A DNA stretch of 64,000 nt from an uncultured Myxococcaceae bacterium (GTDB taxonomy: Bacteria; Myxococcota; UBA727; JABDBI01), in assembly GCA_964635635.1 (NCBI GenBank), contig CAZWPE010000002.1, forward strand, positions 22,312-86,311. The letters are read 5' to 3'. A program made the translations under genes and the position numbers. Each line of letters begins with the position of its first letter. The stretch's first letter is position 1. The notes beneath the pieces were generated by a model. The model was not told the origin of the DNA. It ran no database searches and saw only the letters and a list, made by a program, of their open reading frames with translations. Positions 44,937-55,009 of this stretch are shown here, piece by piece.

Positions 44937-46378
44937 ATTTAATGCGACGAACAAAGATGTTATGCACCTTAGGACCCTCAAGTTCTTCTGAAGCAGAGAT
45001 AGAGGCCTTGATTTTAGCAGGCATGGATGTTGCTCGGATTAACTTTTCGCATGGTGATTTGGAACTCCACCGGGCAGTGATTAATCGTGTGCGTTCTGTG
45101 GCTGCACGTCTTGGAAAACCGGTGGGCGTTTTGCAGGACTTACAGGGCCCCAAGATCCGCACACGAAAGATGACAGGCGGTGCTGTGACTCTGGAATCAG
45201 GTGCTCAAACCGTTATTACTGTTGACGATGTTTTGGGAACCGCAGAGCGATTCTCAACGCAATACTTAGACTTGCCCAGAGATGTTAAACCTGGGGATAT
45301 GATTTTGCTCGATGATGGCAAGCTGGCTGTACGCTGTCTCGAAGTCCAGAATGCACGAGAAATTATCTGTGAAGTTGTCTATGGAGGTGTGCTTAAAGAC
45401 AACAAGGGTATTAATGTGCCTGCAGGCGGGCTCTCAACATCAAGTCTAACGGATAAAGATATTAGAGATGTTCACTTTGGTGCCCAAGTAGGCGTAGATG
45501 CGGTAGCACTTTCTTTTGTGCGCTCAGCCGAAGATGTGCGCTTGCTTCGTAAAGAGTTGGCGAATGCCAAAAGTAGACCGCTTGTATTTGCTAAAATTGA
45601 AAAGCAACAAGCCCTTGAAAATCTAGACGATATTATTGCTGAATCCGATGGCGTGATGGTTGCTCGTGGCGATTTGGGGGTTGAAATGCCTCTGGAACAA
45701 GTTCCCGTCGCCCAAAAACGCATTGTAAGCCGCGGTATTGAACAAGGCAAAACGGTGATTGTTGCGACTCAGATGCTGGAGTCCATGATTACTCAGTCAA
45801 GGCCAACGCGTGCAGAGGCGAGTGACGTTGCGAATGCAGTGTTGGATGGAGCGGACATGCTCATGCTTTCAGCGGAGACTGCTGCAGGAGATTTTCCGAT
45901 TGAGGCAGCTCAAACAATGGACAAGATTATCCGAGAAACAGAGTCTTCAGACTGGCTTATGTATTGGCGAAATGATGTTAAACTCACGACTTCTTCCAGT
46001 CAGCAACATCAAAACATTGCATCTTTAGCAGGTACTCGTGCTGCCGAAGAACTGCATGCAAAGGCGATTGCGATTTACACAAGTTCTGGAAGTACTGCGA
46101 AGTTAATCAGTGGCTACCGGCCCAAAGTCCCCCTTGTCGCCTTCGTTTCTAACTTAACGGACCAGCGGCGTTTGATATTCAGTTGGGGTGTAGAGAGTGA
46201 GGTTATTCCTGAACCCGTTGATTTTGAGACGATGCTTGCTCAAATTAATGACAGACTTCAACAACGTGGCTCTGCTAAATCCGGCGATACTGTCGTTGTT
46301 TTAACCAAAGTCCCCCTAAAGCCTTCTCAGAAGACTAATACGATTCACATTCATACTGTCACTAAACCGATTGTGTGA
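44933..46378 (+). CDS. pyk: Pyruvate kinase
   Basis: TKMLCTLGP, ARINFSHG and MVARGDLGVE motifs. 481 aa. Confidence 0.9.
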   Translation: MNLMRRTKMLCTLGPSSSSEAEIEALILAGMDVARINFSHGDLELHRAVINRVRSVAARLGKPVGVLQDLQGPKIRTRKMTGGAVTLESGAQTVITVDDVLGTAERFSTQYLDLPRDVKPGDMILLDDGKLAVRCLEVQNAREIICEVVYGGVLKDNKGINVPAGGLSTSSLTDKDIRDVHFGAQVGVDAVALSFVRSAEDVRLLRKELANAKSRPLVFAKIEKQQALENLDDIIAESDGVMVARGDLGVEMPLEQVPVAQKRIVSRGIEQGKTVIVATQMLESMITQSRPTRAEASDVANAVLDGADMLMLSAETAAGDFPIEAAQTMDKIIRETESSDWLMYWRNDVKLTTSSSQQHQNIASLAGTRAAEELHAKAIAIYTSSGSTAKLISGYRPKVPLVAFVSNLTDQRRLIFSWGVESEVIPEPVDFETMLAQINDRLQQRGSAKSGDTVVVLTKVPLKPSQKTNTIHIHTVTKPIV

Positions 46379-46405
46379 TAGCTGTATCCTCTAACAAAGG
46401 AGTCT

Positions 46406-46927
46406 GTGATGCGTTTATTGGTTCTGTTTGCTTTCGGGTTAAGTTTGCTTGTTCATGCTGAAGTAAAGATTGCTGTTGTTGATCTGGAACGTGCTCTCAA
46501 TGATGTAGCTGATGGCCAAGCTGCTAAGGCAAAACTTCAAGATGAGTTCAAAAAGAAACAAGATATGCTTGATAAAAAGCAGAACGAGCTCAAAAAACTT
46601 CAGGATAATTTACAAAGCAAAGCATCTATGCTGACGGAGAAAGCTCGTCAGGAAAAGGCCATGGAATTTCAGAGCAAATATGCAGAGGCCCAACAAGTCT
46701 ACCAAGAAACTCAACAAGAGTTTGTCAAAAAGCAACAAGAAGTCATGGGTGATATTCTCAAAAAGATGAATCCAATCGTTCGCGATATTTCTCAAAAAGA
46801 AGGCTATTCGATGGTCTTAAACAAAACTGATGCTACAGTCGTGTTTGCACAGGCAAATTTGGACATTACCGACGAAGTTATTAAGCGTTACAATACCGCT
46901 TATCCCTCGAAGTCTAAGAAGAAATAG
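46406..46927 (+). CDS. skp: OmpH/Skp-family periplasmic chaperone
   Basis: Signal peptide, then a long coiled-coil rich in K/Q/E, about 150 aa mature. Confidence 0.65.
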   Translation: MMRLLVLFAFGLSLLVHAEVKIAVVDLERALNDVADGQAAKAKLQDEFKKKQDMLDKKQNELKKLQDNLQSKASMLTEKARQEKAMEFQSKYAEAQQVYQETQQEFVKKQQEVMGDILKKMNPIVRDISQKEGYSMVLNKTDATVVFAQANLDITDEVIKRYNTAYPSKSKKK

Positions 46928-47923
46928 TCACGATTTCAGCGCGTTGAATATTTCATAGTGGCCCAGGCGTAGGAAATCCGGAAGTTTCTCAAGATTAGGA
47001 TCTCTAACGTCTGGGTAGTCTTTTATTTTAAGAGTACGAACAATTAAGGCAGACAGTATGGATGAAAACTTTTGTTCTTCAGGACTGAGCAGGCAATTAA
47101 TGTCTTCAATGAACGATGTGGACTGAGAATATCGTTCATAGACTGGATCGTTGAGATATTCGATTAGGTCAACATTTCGTTTTCGTTTAATGTACTCAAC
47201 ACTGAGCGCGAATAATTTGGCTGCATGTTCTTCACGGTCAACAGAGAGTTTTTTTTGCTTTTTTTTGATCTGATGTCGGATTGCACTACGGATGTTAACA
47301 CTGATTCGAATCAATGAACCTGTGGTGCTGATTGCTAAACCTGGAATAACAGTTGCTCCGGCAGTAAACAAACCACAAGTTGTGGTGATACCCCCGGATA
47401 GTTGAGCCAGTTTTCCGTATAGAAGTATCTCTTGCTTGAATTTTTTATTTTCAAATTGAGCGACAATGTATTCGAGTGTTGGTTTGAGATAGCTTTCTTT
47501 TGGAGTCCGATGATTAAAGCTTTTAAAATCTTGCAGTGTGTCAAAAGTGCATTTCCAGCTATCAATCTCTTGCGTCATTGTCGCTGCTGAGATTATGGGC
47601 CCCACAATTGGTAAGTGTGTTGTAAGATGATGAACAATTTCGGGAGTCTCTGAAATGGCTGCTCCAAGAGCAGTTTTCTTGAGTTCGTCTTTTTGAGCTG
47701 CTAATTTATCGACGAATATTCGCGCTGAGTCGCGAAATCCAGTTTCCCTGATTTCTGGTAAAAATTCATAGGCATCATCTGCGCGATCTATGCATAAATC
47801 ATCTTGCGGGAAGCCAAAACTTGAATCATCTGCATTCGGGAGTAGAGGGGCTTGATTTGGATCGACTTCATGCATCTCAACAGCACATGCATGGTTAGGG
47901 TCTGAAATGATCCTTCGTGGCAT
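46928..47923 (-). CDS. Hypothetical protein (331 aa)
   Basis: Long ORF, no motif recognised. One hydrophobic Gly/Thr-rich segment (LSGGITTTCGLFTAGATVIPGLAI). Confidence 0.4.
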   Translation of the reverse strand: MPRRIISDPNHACAVEMHEVDPNQAPLLPNADDSSFGFPQDDLCIDRADDAYEFLPEIRETGFRDSARIFVDKLAAQKDELKKTALGAAISETPEIVHHLTTHLPIVGPIISAATMTQEIDSWKCTFDTLQDFKSFNHRTPKESYLKPTLEYIVAQFENKKFKQEILLYGKLAQLSGGITTTCGLFTAGATVIPGLAISTTGSLIRISVNIRSAIRHQIKKKQKKLSVDREEHAAKLFALSVEYIKRKRNVDLIEYLNDPVYERYSQSTSFIEDINCLLSPEEQKFSSILSALIVRTLKIKDYPDVRDPNLEKLPDFLRLGHYEIFNALKS

Positions 47924-47985
47924 TTTAAAAAAACAACCGCGGTGGACAGGTGAATAATCCTTTGTTACGCAGAAAGACGTAAATC

Positions 47986-48846
47986 ATGACAATTGATCTT
48001 GTTGCACTGACGAAGCCTCGCATTACCCTCATGGCCATTATTGTGGCTGGCGGATGCATGCTTTTAGCTGAAGCAGTCTTACCATGGCCCAAAGCGATCT
48101 TGGCTTTACTCGGGATAGCCTTGTTGGTTTCGGGTTCAAGTGCATTCAACATGTATATCGAGCGTGATTATGACGGTTTAATGGAGCGCACCAAGACCCG
48201 CCCATTGCCTGCCGGACGTTTAAAGCCACATTGGGCTTTGTGGATTGGAGCGGCGACGTCCTTTTTGGCTATGCCAGCTTTATGGTTTGGAACCAATAGT
48301 CTGACGTTGCTTTTAGGTGTTCTATCTTTGTTTGCCTATGTTTTGGTTTATACCCCGATGAAACGCCTAAGCACTTGGGCATTGGTTGTGGGTGCAGTAC
48401 CAGGCGCTATGCCTGCTTTGATGGGCTATACTGCAGTGACCGGTCAAATTGATGCGGTTGGACTCTCGCTTTTTGGGCTCGCATTCTTTTGGCAGCTTCC
48501 GCATTTTATTGCGATTGGGATCTTTAGAAAAGAAGAATATCTGAAAGCTGGCTATCCTGTAATCGCAGATCTGCTGGGTGACACTAAGGCCATTGGATTA
48601 AGTTTGTTGACGACAGGGATGATGGTGATTAATGCCGGGGCCATATGGTGGCTAGAAGTCGGTGGTGCATTTTACGGGCTTGTCAGCACTTTGCTTGGGG
48701 TTTGGTTTGTTGTTTTAGCGGGACTTGGATTTTGGACTCAGGACATCAAAGCCTGGGCGCGAAAGCTCTTTAGAGCTTCACTGGTTTATCAAACAGTTTT
48801 ATTTGCCTTGTTGGCGGTCGACGGTCTGGTATGCAAGTTCATGTGA
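47986..48846 (+). CDS. ctaB: Protoheme IX farnesyltransferase (heme O synthase)
   Basis: UbiA-fold. LTKPRITLMAII N-terminus. Asp-rich motif region (NMYIERDYD ... TKTRP). Confidence 0.8.
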   Translation: MTIDLVALTKPRITLMAIIVAGGCMLLAEAVLPWPKAILALLGIALLVSGSSAFNMYIERDYDGLMERTKTRPLPAGRLKPHWALWIGAATSFLAMPALWFGTNSLTLLLGVLSLFAYVLVYTPMKRLSTWALVVGAVPGAMPALMGYTAVTGQIDAVGLSLFGLAFFWQLPHFIAIGIFRKEEYLKAGYPVIADLLGDTKAIGLSLLTTGMMVINAGAIWWLEVGGAFYGLVSTLLGVWFVVLAGLGFWTQDIKAWARKLFRASLVYQTVLFALLAVDGLVCKFM

Positions 48847-49511
48847 AGGAACTGGCGTTTTCTTACGCCAGAAAGCCTGTTCTTCGAAGCATATCTTTTG
48901 AAGTGCAATCAGGTGAAATATTAGGGATTTTAGGCATTAATGGAGCGGGTAAAAGTACGCTGCTTAAACTGCTATGTGGTTTGCTGCCAATGCAGTCTGG
49001 ACAGATCAGTCATATCCCTAAAGACAAGCTCGGTGTTGTGTTTCAAGAGGCTAGTCTTGATCCAAAACTTTCAGGTCATGAAAACCTGGCACTTTTTGCA
49101 AAACTTTATGCTGGAGCTGAGGTTCCAAAGAACGTTGATGGCGTTGATTTAAACATGCCTGTTGGTAAATTGTCTGGTGGCCAGAAACGCAAGTTAGAAC
49201 TAGCCCGTGTTTTTGTTCATAATCCTGAGTTGGTACTGATGGATGAGCCAACCACGGGACTCGATTTGGGTGCTACCGAGCTGTTTTGGCGGGGGCTTCG
49301 CCAGCGTCATGTGACAGCAATTATTAATACGCACAAAGCTGAAGAAGCAGAACGTTGCGATAGACTTTTGTTGATTCATGAAGGAAAAATATTGCTTTCG
49401 GAAACACCGGCTGAATTTAAAAAGCGTGTGCCGAGCGAGCCCATTGTTGAAGTTCGCCAACCGAGTTTGGCGGACGCCTTCTTAAAAGTGACAGGGGTGT
49501 CGTTGAAATGA
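48831..49511 (+). CDS. ABC transporter ATP-binding protein
   Basis: Walker A GINGAGKST, signature LSGGQKRK, Walker B VLMDEPT. 226 aa. Confidence 0.85.
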   Translation: MQVHVKELAFSYARKPVLRSISFEVQSGEILGILGINGAGKSTLLKLLCGLLPMQSGQISHIPKDKLGVVFQEASLDPKLSGHENLALFAKLYAGAEVPKNVDGVDLNMPVGKLSGGQKRKLELARVFVHNPELVLMDEPTTGLDLGATELFWRGLRQRHVTAIINTHKAEEAERCDRLLLIHEGKILLSETPAEFKKRVPSEPIVEVRQPSLADAFLKVTGVSLK

Positions 49512-50278
49512 GCAATTTGCGAATGATGGCTGTCTTGTTTGTGCGCGAGTGGCTCAAGATGACCAAGGAGCCTTCTCGGTTGATGGGAATTGTTGCTCAG
49601 CCATTGCTGTTCTGGATTGTGATCGGTGGCGGATTTATGCCGAGCTTTCGGGTCGCCGAGAATACATCTTTGGGTTACCAAGATTTTTTCTTCGTGGGTG
49701 TGGTTGCGATGGTGGTTCTGTTCTCCGCTATTTTTGGAACCATTACGCTGATTGATGACAAAGCATCTGGGTTTATGCAGGCAGTATTGGTTGCTCCTGG
49801 AAGTCGGTGGGCATTGGTCCTTGGCAAGATTTCGGGCGTTGCTTCGGTGGCCGTGCTTCAGGCGTTGTTGATAGTGGGTGTGGGTGCGGCCTTGGGTGTT
49901 TCACTCGGCGAAGCAGCCTGGTTTCAGGTGTTTGGATTTTTGGCCCTTGGGGCAATTGCCTTGGGAGGCATGGGTTTTGTTTTCGCTTGGGGAACCTCTT
50001 CGAGTGCTGCCTATCACGCTTTGATGGGAATTGTGATGATTCCGATGTGGATTGTTTCTGGAGGCATGTTCCCACCAGATACCCCATGGATGCAGTGGAT
50101 TGTTCTAGTAAATCCAGTGGCATGGTTGGTTGCAGGACTTCGGGCTGCATTTGCAGGAGGCTTAGCCCCTGTTGGTAGCGTGACGGAGATTTTAACGCCT
50201 GAATATTGTTTGGCGGGTTTAGTTGTTTTTAGCGTGGTTATGATAGTTTTGGGCGCACGACTATGCGCAAAAAATTAA
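49508..50278 (+). CDS. ABC-2-family transporter permease
   Basis: 256 aa, six TM helices. Overlaps the ATPase stop. Confidence 0.7.
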   Translation: MSNLRMMAVLFVREWLKMTKEPSRLMGIVAQPLLFWIVIGGGFMPSFRVAENTSLGYQDFFFVGVVAMVVLFSAIFGTITLIDDKASGFMQAVLVAPGSRWALVLGKISGVASVAVLQALLIVGVGAALGVSLGEAAWFQVFGFLALGAIALGGMGFVFAWGTSSSAAYHALMGIVMIPMWIVSGGMFPPDTPWMQWIVLVNPVAWLVAGLRAAFAGGLAPVGSVTEILTPEYCLAGLVVFSVVMIVLGARLCAKN

Positions 50279-50742
50279 CTCGCAAAGGACATGGAAAACT
50301 CAAAGCTGAGTATGAAGAACTCATGTTCACGAAGCGCCCACAGGTCGTTAAGGGTATCGCGAATGCTGCGGCAGAGGGAGATCGCTCCGAAAATGCGGAG
50401 TATATTTATGGCAAGAAGCATCTTCGTGAAATCGATAAGCGTTTGCAGTACTTAGGTATGCTGCTCAAAGATGTTGTGGTTCTAGACCCGGCAAAACAAC
50501 CTACTGGGCAGGTGACTTTTGGACTCACCGTTGGTGTTCAAGATGAAACAGGCGAAACAAAGAGATTTATGATTGTCGGTGAGGGTGAGACCGATTTTTA
50601 CGATGCTGCAATATCTGAACGCTCACCGGTTGCACAAGCGCTCTTAGGAAAAAAAGTTGGCGATATTGTAGAGATTCATCGCCCAAAAGGTATTTGGGAA
50701 GTTGAAGTTGTTCAGATTATTGTGGCACAATCCTCTGACTGA
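50263..50742 (+). CDS. greA: Transcription elongation factor GreA/GreB family
   Basis: N-terminal coiled-coil with EGDRSENAEY, C-terminal FKBP-like domain. 159 aa. Confidence 0.8.
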   Translation: MRKKLTRKGHGKLKAEYEELMFTKRPQVVKGIANAAAEGDRSENAEYIYGKKHLREIDKRLQYLGMLLKDVVVLDPAKQPTGQVTFGLTVGVQDETGETKRFMIVGEGETDFYDAAISERSPVAQALLGKKVGDIVEIHRPKGIWEVEVVQIIVAQSSD

Positions 50743-51908
50743 TGAACCATCTTCTTACCATTACGGGACGTGATGCGCCCGGTATTACATCGGCCCTTAC
50801 GGAGACATTATCAAAATCTGGGGCTGAGCTTAAAGACATTGAGCAGGTTGTGGTTCAAGGTCAACTAACACTTTGTCTTTTGGTTGATTTGCATCAAAAC
50901 CAAAAAGTTCTGGAACAGTTGCGAATTCAAGCGCGAAAGCTAGGCCAAGAAATGAGCGACCGGGTAGTTCCCGAACTCTCTGAGAAAAACAATAAAAGAC
51001 GTTACGTATTAACTGTCATGGCTGAGCCGGTAACGGCTGAAACCATGTGTCAAATATCGACATTACTAGCGACACATGAAGCGAATATTGAAAACATTCG
51101 ACGCTTGAGTCATGGCGATTTGTCTTCACTGGAGATTGCACTGTCCATTCGGCAGGAAAATGCCGCTCCGTTAAAAGAAGGTTTGCTAAGAGAACTCTCA
51201 GAGCGGAATGTAGATATCGCTTTGCAACGTGAAAGCTTATCACGTCGCAACAAACGCCTGGTTGTGATGGATATGGATTCTACATTAATCCAGAACGAAG
51301 TGATCGATGAGCTGGCACGTGCGAATGGCGTATTTGAAGAGGTGAGCGCGATTACTCACCAGGCGATGTCTGAGGGGTTGGAATTTGGCGATAGTCTCAA
51401 TAAGCGGGTTGCCTTGTTGAAGGGTTTATCAGTGTCACAGGTTGATACGGTTGTTGCTGAGTTGAAACTCACTCCAGGCGCTGAAGATTTAGTCCGAGTA
51501 CTTAAAAGTCTTGGGTACCAAATGGGAATTATTTCTGGGGGGTTTGAACAGGCGGCGAATCATTTCCGTGATAAACTTGGACTTGATTTCGCTTATGCAA
51601 ATCGCTTGGAAATCGAAGATGGCAAACTTACGGGGCGTGTTTTAGAGCCTATTGTGGATGCCAATCGCAAAGCCGATTTGCTTGATATTATCGCACAATC
51701 AAAGCAAATCCCATTGGAGCAGGTGATTGCAATCGGCGATGGTGCAAACGACGCACTGATGCTTGCAAAGGCTGGACTTGGGATCGCATTTCATGCAAAG
51801 CCAATCTTAAAGCAGGCGGCTGATACAACAATCAGCGCTGGTGGGCTGGATAGAATTTTATACCTACTTGGAATTCATGGGCGCGAAATAGCCGAATTGC
51901 TTAGGTAG
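50742..51908 (+). CDS. serB: Phosphoserine phosphatase with N-terminal ACT domains
   Basis: HAD motifs: VVMDMDSTL (DxD), ISGGF, GDGANDALML. Two ACT-like N-terminal domains. 388 aa. Confidence 0.8.
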   Translation: MNHLLTITGRDAPGITSALTETLSKSGAELKDIEQVVVQGQLTLCLLVDLHQNQKVLEQLRIQARKLGQEMSDRVVPELSEKNNKRRYVLTVMAEPVTAETMCQISTLLATHEANIENIRRLSHGDLSSLEIALSIRQENAAPLKEGLLRELSERNVDIALQRESLSRRNKRLVVMDMDSTLIQNEVIDELARANGVFEEVSAITHQAMSEGLEFGDSLNKRVALLKGLSVSQVDTVVAELKLTPGAEDLVRVLKSLGYQMGIISGGFEQAANHFRDKLGLDFAYANRLEIEDGKLTGRVLEPIVDANRKADLLDIIAQSKQIPLEQVIAIGDGANDALMLAKAGLGIAFHAKPILKQAADTTISAGGLDRILYLLGIHGREIAELLR

Positions 51909-51922
51909 ATGAAATAACCAGA

Positions 51923-52792
51923 ATGGTTTTTATATTGATGGCTGTTCTGGCATTTGGTGCGATGTCGCAGGCTCCAGAACTTCACCCGCTCGATGAACCC
52001 GAGTTAGCCTCACATTCGGTGAATGAACCCCGAGCGATTGCAGGATCCACAGGACTTTCACAATTTGCGCATCACTTTGCGCCTAATGAACCCAATTATG
52101 TTGTGGGTGGTTGGGTGACCCCGCATCTTAAGTTCCAAGTTAGTTTTCGATATATGCCTTTTAGTATTGCAGGTTCGATTGCACGCAAACACCCATGGGT
52201 GACGGGATTCAACTTTGGGTACTCGCAAACAGGGTTTATGGATGTCAGCACTTTTGATGACTCATTTTTTGCAGATACCAGTTACCGACCGGAAGTATTT
52301 TATTATTTTCAGGATATACCCGGTATTCAAATGCCTGCTGGCTGGGGTTTAGGTTTACAGGGCGGATATGGTCACGAGTCCAATGGCTTTAAAAAACCAG
52401 AGCATCGCTCTCTGAATATTTTGTATTTGCGACCAATCTTCACAATAGGAAGCTCATCCCACACTTGGTTTGTGACCTTTGCACCGAAGGTGTATTTGTA
52501 CTTATACCCGATGAATTTAAATCGAGATATGCCGGAATATCGGGGCTATGTTGACTTAAGAATCCTTGGAGGTTGGCGAGATGGTTTGCAATTGGCCATG
52601 ATGGGACGTGTTGGAAATCATTTCGATCGAGGCGGTATTCAACTTGATTTGACCTATCCGCTGACGCAGTTATCTAAAGGCAATATCGATTTTTCTTTGA
52701 CCGCCCAATATTTTGTCGGGTACGGCGAAGGTCTTTTGGATTATCGGGACTTTCGAAATATGCTTCGTTTTGGGCTTACGCTGGTCCGTTGA
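51923..52792 (+). CDS. pldA: Outer membrane phospholipase A (OMPLA)
   Basis: Signal peptide. Catalytic motif GYGHESNG (His-Ser with downstream Asn). 12-strand barrel pattern. Confidence 0.75.
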   Translation: MVFILMAVLAFGAMSQAPELHPLDEPELASHSVNEPRAIAGSTGLSQFAHHFAPNEPNYVVGGWVTPHLKFQVSFRYMPFSIAGSIARKHPWVTGFNFGYSQTGFMDVSTFDDSFFADTSYRPEVFYYFQDIPGIQMPAGWGLGLQGGYGHESNGFKKPEHRSLNILYLRPIFTIGSSSHTWFVTFAPKVYLYLYPMNLNRDMPEYRGYVDLRILGGWRDGLQLAMMGRVGNHFDRGGIQLDLTYPLTQLSKGNIDFSLTAQYFVGYGEGLLDYRDFRNMLRFGLTLVR

Positions 52793-52823
52793 CAAAAGGC
52801 ACACAATATCATATAATGAGACC
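52789..52823 (+). promoter_or_regulatory. Near-consensus sigma70 promoter for brnTA (TTGACA, 17-nt spacer, TATAAT); predicted start site at or near the brnT ATG (leaderless)
   Basis: TTGACA at 52789-52794 and TATAAT at 52812-52817. brnT ATG at 52824 is only 6 nt after the -10 box. Confidence 0.55.
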
Positions 52824-53120
52824 ATGCGTGCTGAGTTAAAGATTGAATTCGACCCAGAGAAAAGTTCAAAACTGAAGGCTGAGCGCGGTATTGGTTTCGA
52901 TGAAATTATTGCTTTGTTAGATTCAGATCAGCTGTTGGAAGTTATTGAGCATCCTAATCAGGAGAAATATTCAAACCAGAAGGTTTTTGTGATCAATATA
53001 GATGGTTATGTGTACTGGGTTCCTTTTGTGAAAACGGAACATACAATTTTTTTGAAAACGATTTTTCCAAGTAGAAAAGCGACGGCTCAATACATGAAGA
53101 AAGGTGGGAGGTTAATATGA
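52824..53120 (+). CDS. brnT: BrnT-family (DUF497) ribonuclease toxin
   Basis: IEFDPEKSSKLKAERGIGFDEI ... FPSRKATAQY matches the DUF497 pattern. 98 aa. ATGA overlap with the downstream antitoxin. Confidence 0.75.
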   Translation: MRAELKIEFDPEKSSKLKAERGIGFDEIIALLDSDQLLEVIEHPNQEKYSNQKVFVINIDGYVYWVPFVKTEHTIFLKTIFPSRKATAQYMKKGGRLI

Positions 53121-53392
53121 AAAAGTTAAAATTAGACACTGATGAGCAAGAGTTGTTTGATTCTTTAGAGAAAGGCGAGTGGAAGCCAGTAAAGGATCAG
53201 TCTGAAGAAATCGCTCAAGTGCGTGTGGCAGCTCGCAGTTTTATGCAAAAAGATGCTCGAATCAACATTAGGGTCTCGCAGTTTGATTTGAATCGGATTA
53301 AGCGAGTTGCGGCTCACGAAGGGCTGCCATATCAGACACTTATTGCCAGCATTTTGCATAAATTTGCAGCCCAAAGAGCTGCACTCCATTAG
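53117..53392 (+). CDS. brnA: BrnA-family antitoxin
   Basis: INIRVSQFDLNRIKRVAAHEGLPYQTLIASILHKF is the typical BrnA C-terminal RHH-like domain. 91 aa. Confidence 0.75.
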   Translation: MKKLKLDTDEQELFDSLEKGEWKPVKDQSEEIAQVRVAARSFMQKDARINIRVSQFDLNRIKRVAAHEGLPYQTLIASILHKFAAQRAALH

Positions 53393-53397
53393 GGGGC

Positions 53398-54927
53398 TTA
53401 TCGGTTAGCGCTAATGGCTCTGGCCACATGCATACCATCCATGGCAGCACTAACAATCCCACCGGCGTAGCCAGCGCCTTCTCCACAGGGATATAGTTTG
53501 GCTAGGCTAGGGCTTTGAAGTGTATTCGCATCTCGAACAACTCGAACTGGACTTGAAGTTCTCGATTCAACACCAACCAAAATAGCCTCGTTTGTAACGT
53601 AGCCAGGCATCTTTTGGTTAAATACACGCAAGGCTTCTCTCAGTCTTGATGCCAGTGGAAGTCCTGAGGCATTTAAGACAGCATCCATATCGCCAGGTTT
53701 GATGCCGGGCTGATAGCTTGTGTTTGGCAAATCGTTCGAGAGACGTCCGGCAACGAAATCAGCTACTCGAATAGCAGGTGCCATGAGACCGCCACCACCG
53801 GCCTGCCAAGCTGCTTCTTCGATGCGGCGTTGTAACTCAAAGCCACCTGGCTCTGAAACTGCAACGACTAGTCCAGAGTTGGCATACGGTGAGTCTCTGC
53901 GTGAGAGGCTCATGCCATTCACCACAAGCTCTCCTTGTTGAGTCGAGGCAGGTACAATCCAGCCCCCGGGGCACATGCAAAAAGAAAAAGCTCCACGTCC
54001 GTCTTCTGGTGTGTAGGCTAACTTGTATGGGGCTGCGCGAAGCTTTGGGTGATTCGCGAATTTGCCGTATTGAATTTCATTAATTAGCGGCTGTGGGTGC
54101 TCAATGCGGACACCCATGGCAAAGGGTTTGTCTTCTAACAGAGCGCCACGCTTATCCAGAATATCGATGATATCGCGTGCCGAGTGTCCTGTCGCAACTA
54201 CCACGCTGCTACCCGGAAATTCGCGACCATCCGACAGCTTCACGCCAATGGCGCGTCCAGATTCAACGTGTAAATCCACCACGCGGGATTCAAATTCAAA
54301 TTGCACACCGACGGACTCAAGATGCTCGCGTAAAGCTGTGACAACTTTGGGCAGTTTGTTTGAACCGATATGCGGTCTTGCATCGACCAAAATATTTTCA
54401 GGTGCGCCGTGAGCGACTAGTATGTGAAGCACATCTCGCACATCTCCGCGTTTGTGTGAGCGGGTATAAAGCTTGCCATCAGAGTAAGTCCCGGCACCAC
54501 CTTCTCCAAAACAATAGTTGCTGTCTGAATTCACCACTCCGTGTTGATTGAGGCCTTTGAGATCATGCCGCCTGGGCTGGACTTTCTTACCGCGTTCAAA
54601 TACAATTGATCTGATACCAGCCCGAGCGAGCTCATAAGCGCAAAACAGCCCAGCAGGCCCAGCTCCAATAATCAAAACGGGCTCGCCTTGGCAAGTTTTA
54701 AGTGACTGAAATACAGGGGCAATTGGGTCTTCAGATACAGGTCCAATGGTGAGCAAAAAACGAACTTTCTGATGCCTAGCATCTATTGCACGGCGCTTGA
54801 TTTCTAAGGGTGGCAGAGTTTCCAGGGCGACACCCAAATGCCCAGCTACTCGAGCAGCTAGAGCATTGCTGTCATCAGACTCATCTAGTTGAAAATAAAG
54901 ATCTATTTCTGAAAATATCACGCACAA
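53398..54927 (-). CDS. FAD-dependent oxidoreductase (COG2509-type NAD(FAD)-utilising dehydrogenase)
   Basis: Rossmann dinucleotide motif IIGAGPAGLFCA; second GG motif. 509 aa. Confidence 0.6.
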   Translation of the reverse strand: MCVIFSEIDLYFQLDESDDSNALAARVAGHLGVALETLPPLEIKRRAIDARHQKVRFLLTIGPVSEDPIAPVFQSLKTCQGEPVLIIGAGPAGLFCAYELARAGIRSIVFERGKKVQPRRHDLKGLNQHGVVNSDSNYCFGEGGAGTYSDGKLYTRSHKRGDVRDVLHILVAHGAPENILVDARPHIGSNKLPKVVTALREHLESVGVQFEFESRVVDLHVESGRAIGVKLSDGREFPGSSVVVATGHSARDIIDILDKRGALLEDKPFAMGVRIEHPQPLINEIQYGKFANHPKLRAAPYKLAYTPEDGRGAFSFCMCPGGWIVPASTQQGELVVNGMSLSRRDSPYANSGLVVAVSEPGGFELQRRIEEAAWQAGGGGLMAPAIRVADFVAGRLSNDLPNTSYQPGIKPGDMDAVLNASGLPLASRLREALRVFNQKMPGYVTNEAILVGVESRTSSPVRVVRDANTLQSPSLAKLYPCGEGAGYAGGIVSAAMDGMHVARAISANR

Positions 54928-55009
54928 AGTTTGCCATAATGATCGGATAAATCAAGATTTATATTTTGTTGTGTTGATTTTTGAGTGCATATTGTTTTAA
55001 TATTTATGT

